Positions 48,010 through 56,966 of a stretch of DNA of 59,821 bases are shown here, in pieces (position 1 is the stretch's first letter; every line of letters starts with the position of its first letter). The stretch comes from a virus. Its lineage: Duplodnaviria > Caudoviricetes. The notes beneath the pieces were generated by a model, which searched no databases, was not told the origin of the DNA, and saw only the letters and a program-made list of their open reading frames with translations. Both the position numbers and the translations under genes were made by a program. The stretch is taken from positions 1 through 59,821 of IMG/VR virus record IMGVR_UViG_3300045996_001015. One strand, written 5' to 3'.

Positions 48010-48186
48010 TTAATAAGCCCAATGTGTCGGAGTGTAATAAACGTACATGCTCTCGTCTGGGAACCACCAAAGGTTTTTACGACGCTTCAGGCGTTGCTCG
48101 TTGCGCTCGCCGTCCGCGTCGTCAATTTTCGTGAGAACTGAAACGCCCTCTGGTGGCAGTCGATCTAAGCATTTAATCCAAACCAT
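48010..48186 (-). CDS. DUF551-like small protein, not in the supplied ORF track
   Basis: MVWIKCLDRLPPEG ... TPTHWAY. Confidence 0.7.
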   Translation of the reverse strand: MVWIKCLDRLPPEGVSVLTKIDDADGERNEQRLKRRKNLWWFPDESMYVYYTPTHWAY

Positions 48187-48494
48187 CTTCTTACCCTCGT
48201 ACCTGTAAAAAGTTTCCTATGTTCTACTCGTCTGCGATCGGACGAAACACGTTAATCCGTTCGCCTTGCCCTTCGCCGAAATCGAATCGCACATCAACCT
48301 GAGTAATGCCACGCATTGCCATTAACAGCTTGACGCCTTCGGGAAGTTGATCTTCATTCTGTGGCCCGATCATCGTGAACTGTGCTTTGACGGGCTCGGG
48401 ATAGCTACCGCAAGCCATTTGAAATCGTTTCATCTTTGCGTCCTCGGTTGTGTGTAAAGCTCCTATGTTCTGGAATCAACTCGACCCAACTGGG

Positions 48495-48764
48495 CTAAGG
48501 TGTTGCTTTTGCTGGCTGAATAAAGTCTTTCTTTTCTAATTCCTTTACTCTCTCGGATGCGATTTTGCCCTTGAGATATTTGCGACCTGCATCCGTTATC
48601 AAGTAAACCTTTATTCGATAGAATCCCATCCACTCAGCAAATCCAAGTCTGGTGAGCATGCCAGCGTAACGGACTTCGCTTTGGGTGAGCACCAAGCCTT
48701 TGTGTGGCTCGCATTTTGAAAGCCGATGCAAGATCACGAACGATCGTTCATTTAAGGCTGCCAT
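48495..48764 (-). CDS. Winged-helix-like hypothetical protein
   Basis: YLITDAGRKYL. Confidence 0.5.
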   Translation of the reverse strand: MAALNERSFVILHRLSKCEPHKGLVLTQSEVRYAGMLTRLGFAEWMGFYRIKVYLITDAGRKYLKGKIASERVKELEKKDFIQPAKATP

Positions 48765-48838
48765 CCTTCGCTATCCTTTCTAAAAGTTGTGTTTAGTTAC
48801 CTAAAAATAGTTCCGCCAATGGCCCGTTAGATCGAGGG

Positions 48839-49798
48839 TCATGCGAGTTTCAAAACGCCCTGCTCAAGTCGCTTAATCCCGAGTTTGCAGTAATCTTCAT
48901 TCAGTTCAGTCGCAATACACTCGCAACCGTTCTTTCGAGCAACGAGCGCCGTAGTCATTGCACCACCGAACGGATCAAGTACCACGCCGCCGGCGGGACA
49001 TCCGGCCATAATGCACGGTTCAATCAGGTCCATTGGGAATGTGGCAAAGTGGGCTCCCTTGTACGGCTTTGTGGTCACAGTCCAAACACTGCGCTTATTT
49101 CGCTTTTCTTTACCACCTTTGCGAGTTAACAAACCGGCTCCGCGACTTGGTTTTCCTGGAAAACCCCGATCAGGTCTGCCAGCGTCATAGCCCTCGCGAG
49201 TCAGGCGTTTATCTTTTTTGGTAGATGCTGCTACAGGTTCGAGAATGGCGGATTGATTGAAGTAATACCGTTTTGACTTTGACAACAGGAAAATGTATTC
49301 GTGTGATCTCGTACAGCGGTCCCTAACGCTCTCGCACATGCAGTTCGGCTTATCCCAAATGATGTCGTTTCGCAGATACCATCCGTCGTTACGCAATGCA
49401 AAAGCGACCATCCAAGGAATTCCGATCAGGTCTTTCGACTTCAATCCAGGAATCGCTACATCGTTCGGGCGAAGTCCATGCCGGCGGGCGGGTTGCTTTG
49501 GATCCACACCACCAGATTGACCTTTGCCGTTTTGATAACTGTCACCCAGGTTCAGCCACAACGTTCCATCCTTGGCAAGCACTCTGCGAACTCCTCTGAA
49601 AACTTCCACAATTCTTTTCACGTAATCGTCAGGTGTTCTCTCTCGACCGATCTGACCTGGGTGACAGTAATCTCTGAGGCCGTAGTAGGGGGGGCTCGTA
49701 ACGCAACAGTTGACGCTCTCCGCCGGTAACGATTCCATCACGGCGACACAATCGCCGTTGTAAATTGTCACTCCGTCGCGTTGGTAAAATGCGTCCAT
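48839..49798 (-). CDS. Orphan DNA methyltransferase (N4-C/N6-A, beta class)
   Basis: VTSPPYY catalytic motif, HFATFP and VLDPFGG. Start placed at MDAFYQ. Confidence 0.92.
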   Translation of the reverse strand: MDAFYQRDGVTIYNGDCVAVMESLPAESVNCCVTSPPYYGLRDYCHPGQIGRERTPDDYVKRIVEVFRGVRRVLAKDGTLWLNLGDSYQNGKGQSGGVDPKQPARRHGLRPNDVAIPGLKSKDLIGIPWMVAFALRNDGWYLRNDIIWDKPNCMCESVRDRCTRSHEYIFLLSKSKRYYFNQSAILEPVAASTKKDKRLTREGYDAGRPDRGFPGKPSRGAGLLTRKGGKEKRNKRSVWTVTTKPYKGAHFATFPMDLIEPCIMAGCPAGGVVLDPFGGAMTTALVARKNGCECIATELNEDYCKLGIKRLEQGVLKLA

Positions 49799-49856
49799 GT
49801 TTCCTATTTCCCAGACTTCATAATGGATAACTTGCGTAACTTCTGACTTCATGTTC

Positions 49857-50102
49857 TCACGACGATCGTTTGTGCAGTGAACCGTGATCAATCGGCTTCC
49901 ACTTCGCGGGCTCGGATTGCGGGGGAACGGTTGGTTCCCGAACAAACTTTTCGCCCTTGATGATGTCGTAATGTTTTGGTGCGTCGATCGCGAAACGCTT
50001 GACTCTTCCGCGATCCTCAACGATCTTGAGCGTGATGATGTCATTGCCGTTTTTGAGCACAAGCTCCTGACCAACTTCACGCGATAAAACCAGTGGCATC
50101 AC
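49857..50102 (-). CDS. csrA: CsrA-like protein (divergent copy)
   Basis: LVLSREVGQELVL...ITLKIV...RFAIDAPKHYDI. Confidence 0.7.
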   Translation of the reverse strand: MMPLVLSREVGQELVLKNGNDIITLKIVEDRGRVKRFAIDAPKHYDIIKGEKFVREPTVPPQSEPAKWKPIDHGSLHKRSS

Positions 50103-50349
50103 TTCCCCTCTTTCTTGACAAGCTTGAACCCGCGTTTGTCAGCCTTCTCCTTGAGAAAAGCATCTTCCAGTTCCCCAAGCTGCTCTGGCGTGTAGTTCGC
50201 TAGCGTTGCGCCTTCGTGCAGGAAATACGGAATCTTGTACGCAGGATGCTCGGCTCTCGAAACGACTACCACCGTCACGCAGACGCAGAGAGCGGCAAAT
50301 GCTTCACGGAATGTCATACAACGTCCTTGTGTGAGAGTCCTTAAATAGA

Positions 50350-50451
50350 GCAGTGCGAACGGAATTGCACCGTCTCATGCTGTACGCATGTTTTGTGACA
50401 CCTTAACGACCGAAATCGTACTGGGCGTGTCATGTCCACGCCGCACACTGC
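50350..50451 (-). ncRNA. tRNA-like structured RNA A
   Basis: Closing stem GCAGTGTG/CGCACTGC, arm GCGTG/CACGC, T-arm GACGG-TGCAATT-CCGTT. Confidence 0.6.
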
Positions 50452-50455
50452 AAAT

Positions 50456-50558
50456 CTCAGAGCCACGAATCGCACGTGGGACAGAGCCTGATGAGGGCTA
50501 TGTGTCGAGGGTAATCAGCAGTCATCACTGCAAACCGGCCCTGCTTCTTATCTCTGAG
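50456..50558 (-). ncRNA. tRNA-like structured RNA B
   Basis: 7-bp stem CTCAGAG/CTCTGAG stacked on T-arm CCACG-TGCGATT-CGTGG. Confidence 0.6.
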
Positions 50559-50584
50559 CCATTTCCAACGCCGCGAGGCGGTTA

Positions 50585-51175
50585 TTAAAACGGAACGTCC
50601 GGATCGCCACCGGTACTGTTTGCACTGATAGCCTGCTTTGCCTTTGGCGGCGATGCTGGCTTCGATGTGGCGGGTGGTTTTGTGTTTCGCTTGAACTGAC
50701 CGGCTAACGCTCGCATTTGCGAACCGTATTCCGATTTCAAGGTTCCAACCTTTTCTTCAGCTACTTCATAACGTCCGCCAGGGATGTTGTCGTAACCATT
50801 CAAAAATGCAATTTGAAAAGTGGTTTTTCCATTGAAAGTGTTTGGCTTAATAACAAACTGGCATGGCGTTGGTTTCCATGTTCCATTTGATACAGAAGAA
50901 AAATCACCATCCCAATCACAATTTTGAATTAGTGATTCAATGGATCTGTTGTTTAGTTGTCCTTCTTTTCCAACCACCCACGACGCGCCTTGTGCAATCA
51001 CATTGCTTTCGCGCCAGTCAATCCATTGCCCTGATTCAAAGTCGTAGTTTTCGTGAAGTTCAGCACGATACGAAACGCCAATAGACTTGCTTTCCTTTGC
51101 ATCTGTGAGCCAATACTCATAAATGACACCACGGAAAGTTCCCTCACCGCTTACCCATTGTTGTTGACTTGACAT
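50585..51175 (-). CDS. Single-stranded DNA-binding protein-like
   Basis: OB-fold-like body with an acidic DPDVPF C-terminus. Follows the Sak4-like ATPase. Confidence 0.7.
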   Translation of the reverse strand: MSSQQQWVSGEGTFRGVIYEYWLTDAKESKSIGVSYRAELHENYDFESGQWIDWRESNVIAQGASWVVGKEGQLNNRSIESLIQNCDWDGDFSSVSNGTWKPTPCQFVIKPNTFNGKTTFQIAFLNGYDNIPGGRYEVAEEKVGTLKSEYGSQMRALAGQFKRNTKPPATSKPASPPKAKQAISANSTGGDPDVPF

Positions 51176-51178
51176 GTT

Positions 51179-52021
51179 TTATTCCTTGTTAAAAAGTTGT
51201 TTCCAGATTTCAGCAGAACCGTCTTCGTAAGCTATCGCGTCGGACAAATTCCGGGACTTCGCCCAGTGGCCCGGATATTCCGTTGGGTAAATCGTTCGAG
51301 TTCCACCGCCCTTACCTTTGCCGTCGCTTGAAACAGCAACATCGTAACCGATGAACAATAAGTGATCGGCCCATTCTTTCACACGATGACGAATGCTATT
51401 GGCTTGGTTCGGTGGCGATGCCAGTCGCGGCTCGTAGCGAATCCAATCTTCACCATTTGGATTCTTAACACTCGTCACGCAGTCGTGAGCAATGCAGATG
51501 ATCTGCTTGCCGCGACGAGCCAATGCGTCAAGGTCGCCTAACAGCAACTCAAACGCTGAGTACAAGTGACCCCATTCTTTCCCGAATCCATACTTCGAGA
51601 AATCATCAACCATATGTCCCTTTTCGTGAGGTACTGTTGCGACAACATGCCGACGCGCCAACTCTTCTGCCTTCGTCAGTGAGTCAACCACGATTGCATC
51701 GTATTGTGCAATCAGCTTTTCACTGTGAAGTGCAGAGCGCAAGTCAGGGAAGTTGGTAATCTCAATTCGCTCAACGTCAAGGAACTTCGAGCCGTCTTCG
51801 AGGTCAATAAATAGCGGTCGCATCCCGATCTCTTTAATCAATGATGCAAGCTTTGTTTTGCCGACACCGCCCGGCCCATATTCGACAATCTTTTGAACGT
51901 CGATATGAGTTCCAGAGGTAACGTTAAATTCCTTGTCACCAATAGGCTGACTCGGTGAAGGTGCTTTCGCATTCGGTCTCACTGGTGGTGGTAAGGGTTT
52001 GGGGGCTGAAACTGTTGCCAT
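51179..52021 (-). CDS. Sak4-like / AAA_24 recombination ATPase
   Basis: YGPGGVGKT, FIDLEDGS, IVVDSLT and ICIAH. Confidence 0.85.
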   Translation of the reverse strand: MATVSAPKPLPPPVRPNAKAPSPSQPIGDKEFNVTSGTHIDVQKIVEYGPGGVGKTKLASLIKEIGMRPLFIDLEDGSKFLDVERIEITNFPDLRSALHSEKLIAQYDAIVVDSLTKAEELARRHVVATVPHEKGHMVDDFSKYGFGKEWGHLYSAFELLLGDLDALARRGKQIICIAHDCVTSVKNPNGEDWIRYEPRLASPPNQANSIRHRVKEWADHLLFIGYDVAVSSDGKGKGGGTRTIYPTEYPGHWAKSRNLSDAIAYEDGSAEIWKQLFNKE

Positions 52022-53084
52022 TGTTGTTCTCCTTCAATTCAGGATTAACGTCAGAGAGTTTTATGAAACCATCGGGTGTCTCTGACACGACACCACCCGT
52101 TGAACACAGTCCAAAATATTCGCAGTAATCACATGTATTCTTATTCACCGTCTTGAACCAATGGCCTTCGCGTTGTGCTTCTCGCAAAGTCTTTTGAAAC
52201 TGCCATGCTTCGGTTCGATATTCCTCAATGTCTTTATCAAGGCGGGCAATCTCTTGGCGATGAAAGTAAAATTCAGGCCGTGCTGCAATGTCCTCAGTCA
52301 ACTTGTCGCCCCATTCTTCGGGCGTCATTGGTCGTGCTTGAACGACATAACCATCCTCGGTGCTTCCAGTTTGCCGCCACTTCACTCCATCCTTGTTCTT
52401 GACTCGATTGCCGCTCTTATCCAGAACGATCTTGCAACCGAGTTCATCAAGGATCGGAACAAGACTTGGCTTAATTGCTGGCTTACGCGCTACGTCGTAA
52501 AGCACACAATCAACCTGAAAGCCAAGTTCACGAGCTGCGTAAACGTAGCGGGTAATCTGGTGATCCATTCGCAGTCGCTTCCACAATTGCGATTCGATGC
52601 TAATGTCATCGCCAAGTAGCTTTGCCTCTCGCACTGCAATTCGACCGTCTTCTAGTTGAACGATCCCGTCAATCTTTCCAGCGTCATCAAAGTGTTGTGC
52701 TGGTTTATCGGTCTTTGGGTTGACCAATGGAAATTGAAACTTCTTTTCGGCTTCGAGCGTTTTGATTTCATGACCTTCCCATCGCCATTGATAAGCACAA
52801 ATCAAACGAAGTACGGTTTCTTGTTCGTAGTACCATTCGAGTTGATCAAATTCTTCTGGACACAATGCGTAACAGTGGCGAATCGCCTCGCAAGCAGCTT
52901 CAAGACTGGTTTCGAGGTGTTCGATTCCTTCATGAAACGCCGTCCCCATTCGTAATGCTTTGCCGCTGGTTTTCTTTCTGATTCCAAGTTCGTATGAATA
53001 GTAATACTTGCGTCGGCATGACTTAAAGCATTCCATTGAGGAATGGGTGATCAGCGTTTTTGTAGTTTCAACAGTTGCCATCAC
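51936..53084 (-). CDS. PD-(D/E)XK exonuclease (Cas4/AddB-like, probably Fe-S)
   Basis: THSSMECFKSCRRKY, GTAFHE, GKIDG..VREAK, QITRY and CDYCEYFGLC. Confidence 0.85.
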   Translation of the reverse strand: MMATVETTKTLITHSSMECFKSCRRKYYYSYELGIRKKTSGKALRMGTAFHEGIEHLETSLEAACEAIRHCYALCPEEFDQLEWYYEQETVLRLICAYQWRWEGHEIKTLEAEKKFQFPLVNPKTDKPAQHFDDAGKIDGIVQLEDGRIAVREAKLLGDDISIESQLWKRLRMDHQITRYVYAARELGFQVDCVLYDVARKPAIKPSLVPILDELGCKIVLDKSGNRVKNKDGVKWRQTGSTEDGYVVQARPMTPEEWGDKLTEDIAARPEFYFHRQEIARLDKDIEEYRTEAWQFQKTLREAQREGHWFKTVNKNTCDYCEYFGLCSTGGVVSETPDGFIKLSDVNPELKENNNGNSFSPQTLTTTSETECESTFTESAYW

Positions 53085-53446
53085 TCCCCCAGTTCGCGGG
53101 CTTTGGTAAACAGTTCAATATCTTCTTCCGTTACAACGGTTCTTTTGCCGTAAACCTTGATGAACTCCTTCACGAACCCCCGCAGCTTGGCGTTGTCGTT
53201 CACTGCTTGGACAATCAACTCCATATTGCCATAGCATGGATCGTTCTTTGGAACAGAGCCGCATGGCAAAACTACGCCGGTCATGCGGAGTTCCTTTCCT
53301 TTCGCGTCAATGTAGCTGTGCGATTCTTCGTCGTACCGCCACGGCGTTGGTTGCGTCTTAATCATCACTGCCTCGGTGGGGGTGTTAGTATCGTTCTGGA
53401 ACAGTGAACGTGATTGTCTTCCCGCAACTTGGGCATGTGTGTTCAT
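53081..53446 (-). CDS. Small phage protein (TPW...NMELIVQAVN family)
   Basis: Motif match. Start probably MIKTQ. Confidence 0.55.
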   Translation of the reverse strand: MNTHAQVAGRQSRSLFQNDTNTPTEAVMIKTQPTPWRYDEESHSYIDAKGKELRMTGVVLPCGSVPKNDPCYGNMELIVQAVNDNAKLRGFVKEFIKVYGKRTVVTEEDIELFTKARELGE

Positions 53447-53601
53447 AGACCCCAGGCGAATAGACCATCATGTTCGGCGGATTGTGGCCACGGTCTCTGC
53501 ATCGCTGTTCTTTTGGTAGGTCGGCGATCTTGCGAGTACCGCCAATTTTCTGTCGTCTCTTTAGCGGACGATTGTTTTGGTACCATTCGATTCCCATCCG
53601 C

Positions 53602-53793
53602 TCATCCCGCCTTTCGCTGGGGGGTGTTAAAGTTCTTGATGTCGCCAGCGACAAGTTCGCCGCGAGCGATATTCACATCGCCGGGAGCCACTAAGCCCAA
53701 TTTCACGCGGTTGCCTTCGACCTTCAAAACCTTGACGATAATGTTTTCGCCGATCAAAATTTCTTCTCCCGCAAGCCGTGATAAACAAAGCAT
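53602..53793 (-). CDS. csrA: Carbon storage regulator CsrA
   Basis: MLCLSRLAGEEILIGENIIVKVLKVEGNRVKLGLVAPGDVNIARGEL matches CsrA along its length. Confidence 0.92.
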   Translation of the reverse strand: MLCLSRLAGEEILIGENIIVKVLKVEGNRVKLGLVAPGDVNIARGELVAGDIKNFNTPQRKAG

Positions 53794-53925
53794 GTTCCGA
53801 ATCCTTTTGTAAAAATCGCGAGAACCGACTGCCTTGGCAAACGCCTCGGCAGGGTTGTCGATTCCATCCGTGTTCGGTCATCCGTAACCGAACTTCGCTT
53901 AATCCTCAGTCTCCGTAGGTGTCTA

Positions 53926-54528
53926 TCAATGATGAATTGCATGCAAAAACTTCTGTTGTGCTAATTCCGCTTCGTCTCGTGATGTCGTGTACAGGATGTG
54001 CATGCGTTTTCCTTCCACACGACCTACGACACGCCATCTTTGGTATGTGCTGGACCACCAGATAAATGCAGACGGCTCTTTGAACCTCTTTCCATTAAAA
54101 GCACGGTTAGGCCTTTTGTTTTTCTGTTGCTCAGCCTTTGTAATCCAGCAACAATTGCTTGGCTCGTAATTCCCGCTCACGTTTTTGCGTTCGATGGTCA
54201 AGTGTTCGTCGTATCCGTTTACCAATGCCCAATCGCGAAAGACCTTCCAATCGCTTAGCCACTCTTCGCAAATCGATATTCCTCTGGCTCCATAGTTCTG
54301 GTAGTTATTGCAATGCGTGTAATAGCATCGCTTTTTCATGTCGATCCAACACTGATAAATTCTTTTATGAACAACCGTTTCTCCTCTCGGCGGTTGCTCC
54401 CGATTTTCTTTGGGAACTGGCTGGCCAACAAACCAGTTGCGACCGCAGTCGAGGCAAGTAAACCGACGGCGCATTCCCTTTGAATAGCCGTTCTTCTTAA
54501 ATCGATTGTGCTCGCACATAAGGCCCAT
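53926..54528 (-). CDS. HNH-like homing endonuclease with a C-terminal DNA-binding domain
   Basis: MKKRC..NYQNYGARGISICEEW...TIERKNVSGNYEPSNCCW. Confidence 0.8.
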   Translation of the reverse strand: MGLMCEHNRFKKNGYSKGMRRRFTCLDCGRNWFVGQPVPKENREQPPRGETVVHKRIYQCWIDMKKRCYYTHCNNYQNYGARGISICEEWLSDWKVFRDWALVNGYDEHLTIERKNVSGNYEPSNCCWITKAEQQKNKRPNRAFNGKRFKEPSAFIWWSSTYQRWRVVGRVEGKRMHILYTTSRDEAELAQQKFLHAIHH

Positions 54529-54628
54529 CCGTATTTCTCTAAATCCGTAGTGACATCCTGTTGTGAATCAATGGTGTGGTGTTCAACCATCCCGCTGGCC
54601 GATTGCCCTCGCGGGAATGGAGAATGAT

Positions 54629-54970
54629 TTAAAATGTTGGATCGCGGTAATAGCGACGTTCTCCGACCAAGCAGCGACGAGCTGTCGCTTTGTTGTTTAC
54701 CCACCCATGCTTGTCACTCCAGAAGTAGGTCGTTATGTCGCCTTTAGGATTGGGTGCGTATGTGTATTCCAGGTCTGGCCATTTGCCTCCGACGATCGTC
54801 TCTTGATCTACTTGCACTGTTAATGTCTTAGGCGTGCGTTTGACAATCGTGGCTGGGTAGGTGTCGCTGTAAAGCAGCAACGTGCAACCATCGCCTATCG
54901 CGCCCTTAGTGTGGTCACCATTCTTGCAAAAGTGATCCATTGTGATTGTTGCCATTGGTTCATTCTCCAT
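54629..54970 (-). CDS. Hypothetical phage protein
   Basis: IGDGCT..YSDTYPATIV ... YYRDPTF motif. Confidence 0.65.
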   Translation of the reverse strand: MENEPMATITMDHFCKNGDHTKGAIGDGCTLLLYSDTYPATIVKRTPKTLTVQVDQETIVGGKWPDLEYTYAPNPKGDITTYFWSDKHGWVNNKATARRCLVGERRYYRDPTF

Positions 54971-55022
54971 TGGTTAAATTGAATTCCAAAATTCATCCCT
55001 CACGCCGATTTCGCAAACCGGC

Positions 55023-55298
55023 TTACGCTACTCTCAAACTCTTTATCAGTGCGTCGTATCCTGGTCGTCCGAACTCTTTGCCAAACTGACTCACGATGTC
55101 AGCACAACGATTGACCGCATGAAATCTCGCGTCCTCGTCGTCGGCGTATTCAAGTTCATGCACGTTATTCAAGTGATCTTCCATTGCGTTCAGGATTTCC
55201 AAGGCCGCGTCCCAGTCGAACTTGGCTTTCGCCTTGCGAACTGCGTTGTTGTGAATCTCGGCGAATTGGCCGATGAAGTCTTCATTAACGGTCGCCAT
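55023..55298 (-). CDS. Hypothetical protein
   Basis: SD GGAG. Operonic. Confidence 0.55.
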   Translation of the reverse strand: MATVNEDFIGQFAEIHNNAVRKAKAKFDWDAALEILNAMEDHLNNVHELEYADDEDARFHAVNRCADIVSQFGKEFGRPGYDALIKSLRVA

Positions 55299-55716
55299 GC
55301 TGTTGCTCCATTTCGTCCTTAAAAAACCTGTGAACTCGAATCGTCGCGTTACGCCCGCTGGTGGTTTTTCTCAATTGCCCTGTCACGATGATCGTTCCGA
55401 CTTCCTCAAGCTCTTCTCGTCGCCATCGCAACGTGCTTTCCGTCGTTTCGTGATTGATAATCTCGGATCGAAAACATGCGTACATCTCGCAGTCAGTCAT
55501 GCCGCGTTCCGCTGCTCGCAGGAAGAACTCACAAACTTGGTTGCGTCGGCTCTCTTTCTCGTCCGCACTCATCGACTTACCGGCCTCGATGCTGTTCGGA
55601 TCTTTCATCGGAGTGCGATTGCGGGTCGGCTGCTTCGGTTGCTCGACCGGCTTCTTGGCGTAAGTCACCTCGCCATCTTCACCCCAAAACGTCGGCGTTT
55701 GATTGGCTGAGTTCAT
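55285..55716 (-). CDS. Winged-helix phage protein
   Basis: DPNSIEA, GMTDCE, RREELEEVG and KTTSGRNA. Confidence 0.65.
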   Translation of the reverse strand: MNSANQTPTFWGEDGEVTYAKKPVEQPKQPTRNRTPMKDPNSIEAGKSMSADEKESRRNQVCEFFLRAAERGMTDCEMYACFRSEIINHETTESTLRWRREELEEVGTIIVTGQLRKTTSGRNATIRVHRFFKDEMEQQHGDR

Positions 55717-55806
55717 AAAAATCTGCTAACATGTTTCAAGTCTTGGCTCGTGCCAGCCAGTCGGGCGATTGATCTGACACGAGCCGCAACATGAAAGGGT
55801 CTTGGT

Positions 55807-56007
55807 TTGGCTAAAACACAATGGCAAATTCGGTTCGCAGTTCCAGACAAAAAAGATGTCATAATTGAGGCGGATGACATGCTTTACCAAAATGGCTTGC
55901 TGACGTTCTCAAACAAACTCCCAGAAACTGAGCGACACAAAACCGCAGCAATATTCCTAGGATCACAACTAGCCGGATGGTGGGACAGAAGCACCGTCCC
56001 GTCCTAA
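55807..56007 (+). CDS. Small counter-oriented hypothetical protein
   Basis: 66-aa ORF filling the gap between minus-strand genes. Confidence 0.4.
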   Translation: MAKTQWQIRFAVPDKKDVIIEADDMLYQNGLLTFSNKLPETERHKTAAIFLGSQLAGWWDRSTVPS

Positions 56008-56268
56008 CGCCAGCTTTTCCGTCAATTTCTTGAAGGTCATTTCGGCATCCTTGCTAATCGCGAGGGTGCCATTTTTTGTAGTCACAATGCAATTGATCGA
56101 TTCACCGGCAACAGAAGAAATCGTGTCGCCCGGTGTTAAATGCGCACTCACGACCTCGCTTAGATCGATTAACAGTGAATCAGATATTTTCGTTAACATT
56201 GGAACTCCTTTGAGTTGTTGGTTGTGCCAGTTACAGACGTGGGGCAACGCTACAAGGCTGGTCGGCGG

Positions 56269-56478
56269 TTAAAGTTCTTTAACAGGGAGTTGGCGGTAAA
56301 ACTGATTGATCTCTTCACCGATGTAAACCAAACAGCCTTTGTCGTCTCTCGCTTTCACAATCCCCGTCGATCGCATTTCTTTGAGCTTCCCGTCACCGAT
56401 ACCCATTCTTTTGAGTCGCGTTGTGGAGTAGCTCACACGGTCGTCGATCTCGATGTCTTTGATGGTGTCCGGCATCAC
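56269..56478 (-). CDS. Putative excisionase-like DNA-binding protein
   Basis: Small and basic, YSTTRLKRMGIG...YIGEEI. Coupled to the Cro-position gene. Confidence 0.45.
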   Translation of the reverse strand: MMPDTIKDIEIDDRVSYSTTRLKRMGIGDGKLKEMRSTGIVKARDDKGCLVYIGEEINQFYRQLPVKEL

Positions 56479-56735
56479 GCAGTCTCCGAGAATGGATTCT
56501 TGGACTTGATCTTTCTGACTTCGCCAGAAGCTAAAACCTTTCCAGCGCGAATGAACTTGGTTTCAAATCTCGCTCGTTCTTGGGCTGTCGATTTCCGGTC
56601 ACGCTCACGGATGAAATCGAAATAATGCTTCCAACAAAGACCACGGCGAACCGCATGGTTTTTGCAAAGAAGGCATGTTCCCGCCTTCACCGAAGCGGTC
56701 GTTTGCTTCTTCACTTTGCTTGTTTTTGCGGCCAT
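56475..56735 (-). CDS. CCCH zinc-finger protein in the Cro position
   Basis: TCLLC-KNHAVRRGLCWKHY. First gene of the long leftward operon. Confidence 0.7.
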   Translation of the reverse strand: MAAKTSKVKKQTTASVKAGTCLLCKNHAVRRGLCWKHYFDFIRERDRKSTAQERARFETKFIRAGKVLASGEVRKIKSKNPFSETA

Positions 56736-56820
56736 CTGATAAATGCCTATCAATTGGGAAATGTCGTGATTCATGGGTCTCGGATGCGAAATCTTGGTGG
56801 TTTGCATCCGTGCGATTAAA

Positions 56821-56959
56821 GTGACACATGTGATATTAACAACCTTTGTGACCTTGTCAACAGTGTTGCTACACAAATGACACAATGTGATACTTGAAAG
56901 ATTTTATAACCCTATACAACATAAAGACTTATTGACAAAAAGTTTTTTTGTGAAAGAAT
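56821..56959. promoter_or_regulatory. Divergent promoters with operator-like repeats
   Basis: Leftward TTGACA-16-TAATAT (56860-56833) and rightward TTGACA-16-AAGAAT (56932-56959). Repeats GTGACACATGTGATA (56821) and ATGACACAATGTGATA (56877). Confidence 0.65.
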
Positions 56960-56966
56960 TGCGTGT

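Noticed and set aside
48839-50080. 413-aa methyltransferase as given in the ORF track, or a restriction-modification system
   Set aside because: The N-terminal extension overlaps the csrA-like gene and the MTase domain starts near 49798. No cognate restriction enzyme is adjacent.
51936-53084. Cas4 as part of a CRISPR system
   Set aside because: No array or other cas genes. The nuclease-Sak4-SSB context is a standard phage recombination module.
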